NCBI GenBank assembly: GCA_963668675.2
Contig: CAXXMB010000001.1
Coordinates: 736,001-800,000 of the forward strand
Reading direction: 5' to 3'
DNA: 64,000 nucleotides
Source: an uncultured Desulfatitalea sp.
Lineage (GTDB): Bacteria; Desulfobacterota; Desulfobacteria; Desulfobacterales; Desulfosarcinaceae
Shown here: positions 47,892 through 58,727 of the stretch, piece after piece
How positions within the stretch are numbered: position 1 is the first letter of the stretch
Layout of the letters: each line of letters starts with the position of its first letter
The notes under the pieces: model-generated
What the model saw: the letters and a program-made list of their open reading frames with translations, nothing else
Databases searched by the model: none
What the model was told of the DNA's origin: nothing
Program-made: the position numbers and the translations under genes

Positions 47892-49586
47892 TCAACCGGC
47901 TCGTTTTTCTGCCCAGACGGCCAGTTTTTCACGAAAAATTTTAGAATTGTGTCGAATGTCCACCGGGAATCCGGCATGCACTAAAAAGGTATCGATTTTT
48001 TCGGTAAGGGGATTTGCCGCAGCGAGTTGGCGCAGCTCTTGGATCAGTTTTTGGGTATCGATATTGCGCTGATCGGGCTCCAGTTCGATACAGACGGCCG
48101 GACGTTGACGCGGCGCCCGGCCCAGGCCGACCAGCGCGCTTCGAAATACGGAGAGGTGGTTGTTGAAGATAGCCTCGCAGGGGATGGTAAAGAGGGTGCC
48201 TTGGGGAGTGACCACACGATGGGATTTACGCCCGCAGTACCAGATGCGTCCCTTCTTGTCCTTCCAGGCCAGATCACCCATTCGGTGCCAGTAACGGTCT
48301 CCTGATCTGATTTTGGAATTTTTGTCTTCCAATGGTCGTTCGAAATAGCCTTGGGTGACGATATCTCCGTAAACCGCGATCTCACCAATTTCACCATCAG
48401 GGATAACAAGGTCGTCGGACCACGATTCAATGGGCCCGTCGCTGATTCTGATGATTTGCATCGCCAACGCCTGAATCGGTCGGCCGACACACATGCCGTA
48501 CCCCTTTTCCGTCAATAGGGCCGTCTCCGATAATATTTCCTTACTGCCGAACGATGAAACCGGCATGGCTTCGGTGGCCCCGTAACCGGTGTGAATCTCG
48601 GCATCCTCCTCCAGCATGGTTGAAAACTGAGCAAGATTGGCAGGCGATACTGGTGCTCCCGAGGTGATGATGCGTTTCAAGGAGGGCAGCTTTATGTTGT
48701 GCGCTTTGCCGTAACGGCCGACCCGGTTGAGCAGAGCAGGCGAGGCGAACATGTTGGTCACGCCATGGTTGAGTACGGCTTCGATGATTTTGTTAGGATC
48801 GACATGGGCTGGCCGGGTGGGGTCCATATCCGGTATGATCGCCGTCATGCCCAAAGCGGCATCGAACAGGGAAAAGAGCGGAAAGGTCGGCAAGTCGATT
48901 TCGTCCGGGGAGATGGCAAATTGGGATTTAATGAAACGCACCTGGGCATCGAAAACACCGTGCGTATAGATCGCCCCCTTGGCCGCGCCTGTGCTTCCGG
49001 TGGTAAAGAGGATGGCGGCCATCTCATCCTTGCCCGTATTGGAAATGGTGTAGGGCTGCCACGGCAACCGGCGGATATCCTTGAGTGTCAATCCTCCCCA
49101 GAACCAACGGCGTCCGATGGTGACCGCCTTTTTAACGCCTTTAAAGTATTTAGGGCGGAGCGTTCTTAGAAGGTGGGCCGGCGGTATGCCGATGAGTGCT
49201 TCAGCCTTGCTCTCCTGCAGGCAGGCCAGCATGCGCCGCACCCCCATGCCGGGATCGACCAGAACGAAAACAGCCCCCACTTTGAGCATGGCGTAAATGA
49301 TCGCAAAAAGTTCGAGGCTCGGACGCACCATGAGGATGGTGCGTGTGCCGCGGCGGATACCAGCCGCCTCCAATCCGTGGGCAAAGCAGTCGGATTCGCG
49401 ATCGAGTTGCCGGAAGGTAAGATGGCTGTAGGCTACGCGACCATTGTGATCCCGTCCGGCGGGATAGACCACAGCCCTCCGGTAAGGTTGAATACGGGCC
49501 ATGGTCCTGAGGCGCAAGGCGACATTTACCTTCTGGCCGGAGTTTTCGTAATCATTTGATATCATCATGTCACCGGTAGGGTCCAT
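47892..49586 (-). CDS. oleC: Olefin beta-lactone synthetase OleC
   Basis: VDPGMG, FTTGSTGAAKG, YGATEA, HRMGD, VDIRHNSKIFRE; start may be 49568. Confidence 0.9.
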   Translation of the reverse strand: MDPTGDMMISNDYENSGQKVNVALRLRTMARIQPYRRAVVYPAGRDHNGRVAYSHLTFRQLDRESDCFAHGLEAAGIRRGTRTILMVRPSLELFAIIYAMLKVGAVFVLVDPGMGVRRMLACLQESKAEALIGIPPAHLLRTLRPKYFKGVKKAVTIGRRWFWGGLTLKDIRRLPWQPYTISNTGKDEMAAILFTTGSTGAAKGAIYTHGVFDAQVRFIKSQFAISPDEIDLPTFPLFSLFDAALGMTAIIPDMDPTRPAHVDPNKIIEAVLNHGVTNMFASPALLNRVGRYGKAHNIKLPSLKRIITSGAPVSPANLAQFSTMLEEDAEIHTGYGATEAMPVSSFGSKEILSETALLTEKGYGMCVGRPIQALAMQIIRISDGPIESWSDDLVIPDGEIGEIAVYGDIVTQGYFERPLEDKNSKIRSGDRYWHRMGDLAWKDKKGRIWYCGRKSHRVVTPQGTLFTIPCEAIFNNHLSVFRSALVGLGRAPRQRPAVCIELEPDQRNIDTQKLIQELRQLAAANPLTEKIDTFLVHAGFPVDIRHNSKIFREKLAVWAEKRAG

Positions 49587-49601
49587 GGGGCATGGCTCAA
49601 T

Positions 49602-50510
49602 TCATCCAACAGGGTTTTTGTACATAAAACCCTGTATCAACTCTATGATCGTTTCAGGTGCATCCTCAAGAAGATAGTGGCCCGCATCTTCGAGCCAATG
49701 GGCCTGTGCATGGGGTACCCTGCGGCGCCACTCATCGTAATAGTTGCGATTAAAAACAAAATCGTGGGCGCCCCAGATCAATTGGGCCGGGCGATCTGCA
49801 ATCCGTTCAAGATTTCGGTCGACAGCGGCGACGATGGGACCACTGGGGTCATTCGGACCGAGGGGGATATCCTGAACGAATTTCAACGTGGCCATCCGAT
49901 TGCGTGGATTGAGATAGGGGGCCAACAGGCCGGCTCGCACCGAAGCCGGCAGCCGCTGCCGGGGTGCCATATGGATTGCTGCGGCTGCAAACAGATTCAG
50001 GTGCAATACGGCCCAATCCATGATCGGATTTGGTGTTCGCAACAGGCGCAACCGCAGGGGGATCGCTTTGCCGCCGGGTGGAAAAAAGCCGGACGTGTTC
50101 ATGATCACCAATCGGCCGATGCGCTTCAAGTTTTCCATAGCCCATGCCAATCCGATCATGCCCCCCCAGTCGTGCACAATCAGGGTAATGGGTTGATCGG
50201 GATTTAAGTGTGTGATGAGTGCGTTCAGATCATCGACACGGCTCTTCAATCGAAAATCGTACCGGCTTTCGTCGGGTTTGTCGGAGAGGCCGCACCCGAT
50301 GTGGTCGGGTACGATGACACGGTAACGCTCTCGGAATGCGATGACCAGACGTCGGAAATAGAAGGACCAGGTGGGGTTGCCGTGAAGCATGAGCAACGGC
50401 TCGCCAATCCCCTCGTCCAGGTAGTGATAGCGCAATCCGTTGATGTCGAGATAGTTGGATTCGAAGGGGTAAAGTGCGCTGAACTCATTTGAGATTATTT
50501 CATTTTTCAT
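49602..50510 (-). CDS. oleB: Beta-lactone decarboxylase OleB (haloalkane dehalogenase-like)
   Basis: HGNPTWSF, PDHIGCG, HDWGG nucleophile, AGHYLLED; between oleA and oleC. Confidence 0.88.
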   Translation of the reverse strand: MKNEIISNEFSALYPFESNYLDINGLRYHYLDEGIGEPLLMLHGNPTWSFYFRRLVIAFRERYRVIVPDHIGCGLSDKPDESRYDFRLKSRVDDLNALITHLNPDQPITLIVHDWGGMIGLAWAMENLKRIGRLVIMNTSGFFPPGGKAIPLRLRLLRTPNPIMDWAVLHLNLFAAAAIHMAPRQRLPASVRAGLLAPYLNPRNRMATLKFVQDIPLGPNDPSGPIVAAVDRNLERIADRPAQLIWGAHDFVFNRNYYDEWRRRVPHAQAHWLEDAGHYLLEDAPETIIELIQGFMYKNPVG

Positions 50511-50514
50511 GAAT

Positions 50515-51555
50515 TTACCAGTTGACGGCGAGCATGAGACAGTTCAGGCCGCTGCCGATGCCCAAGAAGCCGACCAGGTCTCCTTTATTGAAAAATTGGC
50601 GCTCGTCGGCGATGGCCGCAGTGATAGGGAGAGACACCGTGCCGATATTGCCAAGAAATCGAAAGGTGGTGAAGTCCCTGGCCTCATCGATGCCGAAGGC
50701 TTGGAGGATGGTACGCTGGTGGGCGGATCCCACCTGGTGGCAGACAACTTTGTCCGGCTTGTCGGGCGGAAGGGAGAGCTCATTGCGAAACGCCTGAAAT
50801 GTCTCCACGCCCAGCGTGACGCCATGTTGGAGCACGCTGACAGAGTCGGTTTTCATCACCTGGCAGGTGTTGGTTGGAAAGCCGCTGTCCGGTCCCCAGA
50901 TGCAGAGGCGATGGTGCTGGGTCGCACTGCGGGCCACGCCTCCGAGCAAACGATGGCCCGAGGTTGCCTTATCGATACAACTCAGGACAACGGCCACCGC
51001 ACCCGAACCACCGGTAAGGGTGGCGATCGTGTCCTTGAAGAGCGTCATGTCCGGGTTCGCAAGCATTCGATCGATGGTGCTTTCGACAATCTCGCGCGCC
51101 GCCTCGCAGGAGACCACCATTCCCGAGTTGATGTGGCCCAGCTCGATGGCATTGGCCACCTGGACCATCCCGTTGAGGACGCCCAGGCAGGCGTTGGAGA
51201 GATCGTATATCTGCGCATCCTGGGGAATTCCGAGCCCATTGGCAACGGCGCAGGCAGTGGCGGGTTCCAGATTCTCCCGGCAGACCCCGCCATAGATCAG
51301 CATGCCGATTTCTCGAGGATCGATCCGGGCGGCGGCCAGTGCCTTATGGCCGGCACTGATGGCGCCTTCGGACAACCGGAATCCGACATCCCAGAAGCGA
51401 CGCTCGGTAATGCCGGTCAACGCCTCGAGCTGGCCCGGCTGGAGATGCAGTATATCGTAAACCGGTGCCAGGCGACGCTCCAGGTCATCCGAGGTGACCA
51501 CGTTAGGCGCCAGTTCGTAGCCGAAACCGGAAACAGAAACGTTTGAGTAGCGCAT
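50515..51555 (-). CDS. oleA: Acyl-CoA:acyl-CoA alkyltransferase OleA (FabH/thiolase fold)
   Basis: RENLEPATA (Glu), DLSNACLG (Cys), CHQVG (His), LGNIG (Asn), GIGSGLN. Confidence 0.9.
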   Translation of the reverse strand: MRYSNVSVSGFGYELAPNVVTSDDLERRLAPVYDILHLQPGQLEALTGITERRFWDVGFRLSEGAISAGHKALAAARIDPREIGMLIYGGVCRENLEPATACAVANGLGIPQDAQIYDLSNACLGVLNGMVQVANAIELGHINSGMVVSCEAAREIVESTIDRMLANPDMTLFKDTIATLTGGSGAVAVVLSCIDKATSGHRLLGGVARSATQHHRLCIWGPDSGFPTNTCQVMKTDSVSVLQHGVTLGVETFQAFRNELSLPPDKPDKVVCHQVGSAHQRTILQAFGIDEARDFTTFRFLGNIGTVSLPITAAIADERQFFNKGDLVGFLGIGSGLNCLMLAVNW

Positions 51556-51572
51556 TTATCAAATCCAAAACG

Positions 51573-54500
51573 TCATATGGAATTTAGGTTATCAAGTTTG
51601 ACCAGACGTAATCCAAATTCTGCCATCTTATATATGAAAATGCCATCCACTTGCAACCAGCCATCGGCCATGATCACCGGCTCTTCCCCCTCTTCGACGG
51701 AGGTGATCACCGCGTCCACCGATACCGTTTGATTGGACGGGATAACCTGGCCGCGATATTGCCACTCGTGGGCACGGTCGCAGAGGGTCTCAAATCGATG
51801 AGATGCCAGCAGATTTGGCCAGCGCCGGATGGCGGCGTATTTGACGAGCTGCAGAAAGGACTCCACACCGAGGGATCCGGGGCAGACCGGATCCTGATAG
51901 AAGTGGGCTTTGAAAAACCACTCTGAGGCATCGACCTTTTTGTGCCCGCGTAGAAAACCCAATCCATTTGGACCGCCGTTGGGAGCGTATACATCTATCT
52001 GATCGATCATGCAGAGGCTTCTGGCCGGCATTTCCAATCCGACAGGGTGGAAGGGGGAGCCTTTAGGCGCATCGTCAGGTAAAATTGGCGGTTCGCTCGG
52101 AAGGGAAATCGTCGCCTTGCCATCCAAATCGGCAGGCGTTGGCTCATAATGCGATTCCCGCAGTCCCACCTGCTGGTCGAGGGCCTGATCCGTGAAGAAC
52201 CCGAAATAGGTATCGCCGGTGTAGAGAGGACGGCCTTCCGTCCAAACCTCGAAATCGAAATGCTCGATGAGCATGTCCGCTGCTTCGGAGACTTTGGTCA
52301 TGCGGGTGCGCATGGTCAGCATCCGGTCTGATGGGGTGATGTTGGCATGTACCGTTCCATGGCCTCCCAAATTGCGAAACTTCAGATCCTTCTCGCTTTT
52401 AAGGGCGGAACCGGCATAGGCGGCCAGCCAACCGCATGGCTGAAGGGCGATCTCCAACAAAACGCAGAAGGGTATTGCGCCGCTGCGATCTGCGGCAAAA
52501 TACCACTCGTCGGCCGAGATATCGTATTGCGCCTCGACCCATCCACCGGCACGGACGATCCAGGGTTCCGGCTCAATCGCGGTGACGCGGTCCATGAAGC
52601 AGTAGGGCGGCCCTGGCAGACGGGCGATTTTTCTTTTCCGGTCAAAGACGCTGTACGCATCGCCAAAGGCTTCGGAGGGCTTTCCCACGGCAAATGCCAA
52701 TATCTGCTCCTGGGTATAGAGAGGCGGTTTGGCAATCGCTTCGGGTATCGATGCCACGGCCGCCGATTTCATCTCCGGCTGGGTGTCAGACAGCTGTCGC
52801 TGGCGCCAGAACGTTTGGATCTCCTCGCCGGTGGTTCCAGTCATCTGCATGGACATATCCTTGAAGAAGACGATGTAGTGGCCGTCGGCATACATATGGG
52901 CATCGGCCAGCACATAGGGCTCAGGGCGATAGCCGATCTCCTTGATCTCCAGTTCGTAATGAACCTTTTTCGTGTTTGGGGTAACGGGCCCACGGCACTT
53001 GAGCCGGCAGGGAATGTCGACCACCGGCTCGTAGCACACCCCGGGGCGATGGGTTACCCAGCCGAGGCGCAGCAGGAAGATCCTTAGTGTGTGGGCGCAA
53101 CACTCGTACATCAGAGTGCCCGGCATCACCTTGTCGTCCACAAAGTGGCAGGTAAGAAACCAGTCCTTCGGATGGATGTCCGCCTCGCCGCGGATGGTAC
53201 CCAGTCCCCATCGCCCTCCCTGGGGCTTTATGTCGACAATACGATCGATAAGCCGCATTCGTTGGCCGGGAAGGCGCAAGGCCGGCGGCAGGTGAATCTT
53301 TTCGAAGAGGCTTCCGAAACAGGCCTGGGCATCGCCACTGCGCAGCGCATCGATTTGATGATCGTCATAAGATGAATCTGTGAATGGTATCAGTGGGGTA
53401 AAAGGGGATCCCTTGATCTGTGATTCACGTGCGCGGTCTTCGTCGGTGAGGATGATGCCTCCGGAGTTGCGGACCTCCTCCTCGGTGAAAAAGCCTGCGC
53501 AGCCATCGGTCATGGTGATCAGGTGTTCATCTCCGATATGGCCCTCGTATCGGAAGAAAAAGAGGTAGGTCGGCCCCTGCTTTACGAATTTATCAATATG
53601 GATATCGTACCGGATGGTCTCTCCGGGTTGGGGAAGGCCACGATGGAAATGGATTTTGGCATCGAGTAGTCGATAGCTGCGCTCTCCTTTGACCTGATGA
53701 TCGATACCCAAATAGCTGCTCAGGAAGAGGTCGGCCTGGCCTGCTTCGACTGAGATGCAGACCGGTGCACGATCGCCGTCAAGATACCAGGCATCATCGT
53801 GCACATCGTGCTCAGTGACCACACGGCCCGATCCGAGGCTGCACCTTTCCCCTTCCACAAGCAGGATGCGATCCACCAGCATCAAAGGTTCGTCCGGAAG
53901 GCGAACCCGCACCTTGTAGCTATCCACGATATCAAACTCGGGGCCAAGCACCTGTCCCACCGATCCAATGGCAAAGGCCATGCACTGCTCACGGTCGAAC
54001 GCCACTGGAGTGCTCGTGTGTAATGGTGCGGGGTGGGAGTGAAGGGAAGGGGGCGGCGGCCCATGGGCACTGGCGGTGCCGTCGTGAAGATCGGCCATCA
54101 TCCCCATGAGCCTGTTTTGCATCTCGAATGCCTTGCCGAATTCCCGGGTCATCTCCTGGGAGAGATCGAGAAACGATTGGTGGGCGCGAGCCGTGGCAGC
54201 TACATTGGCGTTAAGTTCCTCGATCATTTTTGCAAGTTCGAGCATTTTTGACGATCTGTCGGCTCCCCCCGTTTCGGAAGGGGCGTTACTGGTGGATACA
54301 ATGGGATCCGGCTCCTCTGTTTCCAAAGGGCTGTGCGTTACAACCGTATCACTGGTCATCGTTGCTCCAGCGTTCGTCTGAATGAAAGGCGGGGGCGGTA
54401 AGGGTAGAGGGTGTCCCCCTACAGGTACGTTTATGGCGTTGGGTTTTGGCGTTGCACCTGTTTCAAAATGGTCACTGGAATAGCCGTAAAGGGCGTCAAG

Positions 54501-57500
54501 ATTGACCTCTACGCCTGCAGCAGCCAGGGTGCCTATGCATTTTAGTAGGGAGAAACACTCATCCTCGCCACGTACATTGGCCGCCACGGCCAGATGGGGT
54601 CGATCACTTAGAATTTGTCGGACCATGCGTGTACACGAAGATTGTGGACCGGCCTCGACAAAGATTCGTGCCCCGTCGTCATACGCTTTTTGGATGGTGC
54701 GCGGAAAATCGAAACCGTGCAGCGCCTGGCCCAGTATGGCATCGGCGGCGGCGTCCGGTGTGACAGTATATGATTCGGCAAGGGCGCCGCTATAAAAACG
54801 CACGCCGTCCACCGGCCTCGCCTCCGAAAAATGGTGAAGGGCCCTATAATCTTCGGCCACCGGTTGCGCAGCGTCACAGTGCACGGTGACCACGCCATCC
54901 AGGTAGAGGGCTTCGCATTTGAGCCGCTTAATGGCCTTCTCTACCTCAGGCTCAAGCCCACCGATCACGCACTCGTTGGGGGTATTGACAATGAGTCGCC
55001 TGACGTGAGGTGCGTCGGAAATGGCCTTGTCCACTTTATCGACCGAACGGTTGACCACGGCAACGCGCCACTTCACAGGATGGCCCGACGGTAGTTTCCA
55101 CGCCTGTTGCAATGCCTTGCATGGACCTGAGAGCTGGGTTTTGAAAAGCTCTGACGAGGCGAGGCGGTCGAGCATTTGACCATGATCGGGCCAGGCGCCG
55201 AGCCCGAAGAGTCCTGCGGACTCGCCAAGGCTGTAACCGATGACGGCATCGGGTCTGGGCAGAAACTTCTGAAGCAGATGGGCCATTTGAACGCCGAAGA
55301 CGACCTGTCCGAAAATGGTGTGCAGGGGATCGGCAACAAGGGCCTGGTAGCTCTTGGCCTGCCAGCCGTTGCGCCAATCGGTGCGCCACGGATCGTAAAG
55401 GCGGGGCAACATTTGAGATTTGAGACAGTCGGTGGCACGGTCCATCCCATGCAACACCTCCGGCCAGTGGGCACCCAATTCACGGCCCATGCCGACATAG
55501 TGATTGCCCGAACCGGGAAAGACAAATGCCAGCTGGCCCTTGTGGCCACCTATCGCCGGAAAGTGGCAGATACCGCCATCCGCTCCCATGGTGCGCTGTT
55601 CTCCACTCTGAAGGAGGGCACGGGCCTGATGAATCAGATCGAAAAGCGCCTCGGGTGACGACGCCACCAGGGAAACGGGATCTCCGCAGTGCATGGCCGG
55701 TTGGCTGGAGTGATGCCATTCACGGGCTATGCTTTCCATGAGTGCTTCGGCGGGTATGTGTCGCCCACGGCCTCTTTGCCGGGCAAGCAGTTCAAGCTGC
55801 TTCAGATTGCCAATGGTATCATCTGCCGTTTCGCCGTTAACAATAAAAAGGGCATAGGGCAGGGGGCCCATGGGACGATGGCGACGCCTGACCGTCTGCA
55901 ATGTTTCTGATATCTCAATTTCAGGTTCGCTCAATATCGCATGTTTGTAATTGCCGTCCATCGTCATGGCCCCGACGCAGGCGCTGCGCGGGCCTTGACT
56001 GCGGTTACGAACCCAGAAGGTGCTCCTATTCGGAAAGTGAAACGGGCTGCTGTGCCATGAGGTGTGGTGGGGCGATTCAAATGAGGGCATGGCCGGCAGC
56101 AGTCGGTGGAAGAGGCAAAGGGATGTCTTGGCGAGCGATGCCAGGCCTGAAACGGCACCCGTGTGACCTGTCAGCGGTTTGAGTGCACCTATTGCAACGC
56201 TGTTTTCCTCTTTGCCCTCACCTTTTTTAAAGAGGCCGGTCAGTGCCTCTGCTTCGACACTATCCTCTTCAGGGATGCCGCTGCCATGGGTTTCGACAAA
56301 GCTGATGTCAGCTTTTGAGATGCTGGCATCTGCAAGGGCTATGTCCAGGGCATTACAATAGGCGGAAACCGATGCCTCTCTGTTATTTTTTGTGCCCCCG
56401 TGGGCGCTTCCCACGCCTTTGATCACCGCATAGATGCGGTCGCCATCCGCTTTCGCATCCTCAAGCCGTTTCAGGACCAAGGCCACGGCGCCTTCACCGG
56501 GAAGGGTGCCGTCGGCAGCCCTGTCAAAAGGTTTAACCTGACCCGAGTCGGACAACGTATCGGGATGATAGAACGTTACAAGATTGCGTTCATCACAATT
56601 GAGGTCCACTGCACCTACCAGCATGGTATCGGTCAGACCTTCCTGGAGCATGCGTACCGCAATTTCTGCGGCCTGCAAGCCGGAGCCCTCCTCGGAAGAG
56701 ACGACAAAAGATGGTCCTCCAAATCGAAATTCCCTGGCGATGCGGCTGGCGACGATACCTCCCAGAGCCCCGAGGGTACGCGTTGGCGTAAGGGGAGGGC
56801 CACAGCTCTCTTTTGCTTCAACCAACCACTGCTCTATACGATCTTCATCGAGTGGAATCTGATAACGATCTTGCCATTGTCGAATGAGCGTCGGCAGCAC
56901 CCAACGGAGATGGAAATTGGTCGCTTCGTAGTCAAAACCGATGCCGATCGTCGCTCCCATGCGCTCGCGGCTCTCGTTCAGGGGCAGGCCGGCATCCTGC
57001 ATCGCATTGGCAGTCACCTTGAGCATTAGCAGTTGCTGTGGCAAAATATCGGGAATCTCCCCGGGCGGTATCTTAAACTCCCCCAACTCGACCGACACCT
57101 CGTCGATGAAACCACCACGTGACAACTTCTTGCCCAGGATCGATTCAAGTGTGTCCCGAATTCGCCAGCGACCGGCAGGAGGTGAGATAAGCCCGCTCCG
57201 TCCATGAAACACCGCTTGCTGAAAGGCATTCAGGGATCCTAGTGATCCTATAGCGATATCCATACCGACAATGGCGATTTCGCCAGGTGAATGTTGAGAT
57301 TTCGGAATGTGCTCTTTTCGAAGCTTATCTTCAGGTGCATTTTTTGGAACAACGTGAACAGCGTGGGGCAGCTTCGATTCTGGTTGCCATCTCTCTAAGA
57401 GGATGTGCCCGTTAATGCCTCCAAATCCAAAAGCGCTGACCGCCGCTCTGGCAAATCGCCCCTTATCGTTCAGAGGCCATGGAGCGGCATCGGTTTGGAC

Positions 57501-58727
57501 ATGAAAAGGGATAGTGTTTAAAGGACTGTTCTCGCCCGGAGCTTGGAATTTCAGTGAGGGGGGCAACGTCTGATGATATAGCCCAAGCAGTGTCTTGATC
57601 ATACCGGCCGCCCCAGCCCCGGTGAGCAAGTGTCCGATCATCGATTTGACCGAACCGATGGCGCATGGCCCAGCCGTCGAGGGAGCATCCTGCCATAACA
57701 TACCCAGACTTTTCAGTTCCGTGGCATCGCCCACCAAGGTTCCGGCACCATGGCACTCGATATAGTCTACCTCCCACGGATGCCATCCAGCCGTTTGATA
57801 GGCACTTTGCATGGCCCGCAACTGCCCCTCGGAATCGGGCGCCAGCAGATTGCCCCTCATGTCGTTGGATAGGCCGATGCCATGGATTACGCCATAGATC
57901 GTGTCGCCGTCGCGCAGGGCATCGTCGAGCCTTTTGAGCACCAAAATGCCAGCGCCTTCCCCAACAACAAGGCCATCTGCCGAGGCATCGAATGGCGCAC
58001 AGCGCCCCGAAGGCGACAATGCGCGCAACTGGCTGAATCCAACCTGGGTATAGATCGAATCCGCACCGGAGAGGCCACCAGTGACCATGGCGTCCGCCCT
58101 GTTGGCCTGCAACTCGTTACAGGCCAACTTGACCGCGTAAATCGATGACGCACAGGCCGCATCCAGGGTATATGTTGCGCCCCTAAGACCGAAGGCATCC
58201 GCAACCATGGAAGCTGGGCCACTGACCACTCTGTAACCGCTCGGGACAATCTTTGGAATATCCGAGCCTTGATGAAAGTTGGTGTCCAGCTCCTTTAATA
58301 ATCGGCTACCCATCAAATGGCGCGAAAGCGCCGAGGCGTTGGGTGTCGGTAGCGCAATGGCAGCCAGGATCGTACCGATTCGATCTTTTCCGATCGATCC
58401 CAATCGACACTTCTCCATCGCGTCTCCGGCAGCGAATAGAGCCCATTTATACAATGGATCCAATGATTCTGAAGGGGTGTGATCGGGAAGAAAGCTATCT
58501 ACATCGAAATGAAAGTTTTCGATCAAACAGGCACGCTTGGAATAGGTTTTGTCCGGTGTATATGTGCTGGAATAGATCCAGTCTATCGGGCCCCCCCAGC
58601 GATCCACAGGAATATCGATTGTGGCATCGACCTTCTGAATGATGTTTTCCCAAAAACTGGACAGACCCGTCGCACCAGGAAAGACACCCGACATGGCAAC
58701 CACTGCAATCAAAGGCTTGTTTTTCAT
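51573..58727 (-). CDS. PUFA-synthase-type multidomain protein, PfaBC-like (KS-CLF-AT-FabA-type DH domains)
   Basis: KS DAACASS/HGAGT/GHLL; second KS lacking Cys (SSEEGSG); AT GYSLG; DH motifs CHFVDDKVMPG and AHFYQDPVCPG; no ACP or KR recognised. Confidence 0.88.
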   Translation of the reverse strand: MKNKPLIAVVAMSGVFPGATGLSSFWENIIQKVDATIDIPVDRWGGPIDWIYSSTYTPDKTYSKRACLIENFHFDVDSFLPDHTPSESLDPLYKWALFAAGDAMEKCRLGSIGKDRIGTILAAIALPTPNASALSRHLMGSRLLKELDTNFHQGSDIPKIVPSGYRVVSGPASMVADAFGLRGATYTLDAACASSIYAVKLACNELQANRADAMVTGGLSGADSIYTQVGFSQLRALSPSGRCAPFDASADGLVVGEGAGILVLKRLDDALRDGDTIYGVIHGIGLSNDMRGNLLAPDSEGQLRAMQSAYQTAGWHPWEVDYIECHGAGTLVGDATELKSLGMLWQDAPSTAGPCAIGSVKSMIGHLLTGAGAAGMIKTLLGLYHQTLPPSLKFQAPGENSPLNTIPFHVQTDAAPWPLNDKGRFARAAVSAFGFGGINGHILLERWQPESKLPHAVHVVPKNAPEDKLRKEHIPKSQHSPGEIAIVGMDIAIGSLGSLNAFQQAVFHGRSGLISPPAGRWRIRDTLESILGKKLSRGGFIDEVSVELGEFKIPPGEIPDILPQQLLMLKVTANAMQDAGLPLNESRERMGATIGIGFDYEATNFHLRWVLPTLIRQWQDRYQIPLDEDRIEQWLVEAKESCGPPLTPTRTLGALGGIVASRIAREFRFGGPSFVVSSEEGSGLQAAEIAVRMLQEGLTDTMLVGAVDLNCDERNLVTFYHPDTLSDSGQVKPFDRAADGTLPGEGAVALVLKRLEDAKADGDRIYAVIKGVGSAHGGTKNNREASVSAYCNALDIALADASISKADISFVETHGSGIPEEDSVEAEALTGLFKKGEGKEENSVAIGALKPLTGHTGAVSGLASLAKTSLCLFHRLLPAMPSFESPHHTSWHSSPFHFPNRSTFWVRNRSQGPRSACVGAMTMDGNYKHAILSEPEIEISETLQTVRRRHRPMGPLPYALFIVNGETADDTIGNLKQLELLARQRGRGRHIPAEALMESIAREWHHSSQPAMHCGDPVSLVASSPEALFDLIHQARALLQSGEQRTMGADGGICHFPAIGGHKGQLAFVFPGSGNHYVGMGRELGAHWPEVLHGMDRATDCLKSQMLPRLYDPWRTDWRNGWQAKSYQALVADPLHTIFGQVVFGVQMAHLLQKFLPRPDAVIGYSLGESAGLFGLGAWPDHGQMLDRLASSELFKTQLSGPCKALQQAWKLPSGHPVKWRVAVVNRSVDKVDKAISDAPHVRRLIVNTPNECVIGGLEPEVEKAIKRLKCEALYLDGVVTVHCDAAQPVAEDYRALHHFSEARPVDGVRFYSGALAESYTVTPDAAADAILGQALHGFDFPRTIQKAYDDGARIFVEAGPQSSCTRMVRQILSDRPHLAVAANVRGEDECFSLLKCIGTLAAAGVEVNLDALYGYSSDHFETGATPKPNAINVPVGGHPLPLPPPPFIQTNAGATMTSDTVVTHSPLETEEPDPIVSTSNAPSETGGADRSSKMLELAKMIEELNANVAATARAHQSFLDLSQEMTREFGKAFEMQNRLMGMMADLHDGTASAHGPPPPSLHSHPAPLHTSTPVAFDREQCMAFAIGSVGQVLGPEFDIVDSYKVRVRLPDEPLMLVDRILLVEGERCSLGSGRVVTEHDVHDDAWYLDGDRAPVCISVEAGQADLFLSSYLGIDHQVKGERSYRLLDAKIHFHRGLPQPGETIRYDIHIDKFVKQGPTYLFFFRYEGHIGDEHLITMTDGCAGFFTEEEVRNSGGIILTDEDRARESQIKGSPFTPLIPFTDSSYDDHQIDALRSGDAQACFGSLFEKIHLPPALRLPGQRMRLIDRIVDIKPQGGRWGLGTIRGEADIHPKDWFLTCHFVDDKVMPGTLMYECCAHTLRIFLLRLGWVTHRPGVCYEPVVDIPCRLKCRGPVTPNTKKVHYELEIKEIGYRPEPYVLADAHMYADGHYIVFFKDMSMQMTGTTGEEIQTFWRQRQLSDTQPEMKSAAVASIPEAIAKPPLYTQEQILAFAVGKPSEAFGDAYSVFDRKRKIARLPGPPYCFMDRVTAIEPEPWIVRAGGWVEAQYDISADEWYFAADRSGAIPFCVLLEIALQPCGWLAAYAGSALKSEKDLKFRNLGGHGTVHANITPSDRMLTMRTRMTKVSEAADMLIEHFDFEVWTEGRPLYTGDTYFGFFTDQALDQQVGLRESHYEPTPADLDGKATISLPSEPPILPDDAPKGSPFHPVGLEMPARSLCMIDQIDVYAPNGGPNGLGFLRGHKKVDASEWFFKAHFYQDPVCPGSLGVESFLQLVKYAAIRRWPNLLASHRFETLCDRAHEWQYRGQVIPSNQTVSVDAVITSVEEGEEPVIMADGWLQVDGIFIYKMAEFGLRLVKLDNLNSI

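Noticed and set aside
50509..51546. 345-aa antisense ORF spanning oleA
   Set aside because: Mirrors oleA almost exactly on the opposite strand; no independent evidence.
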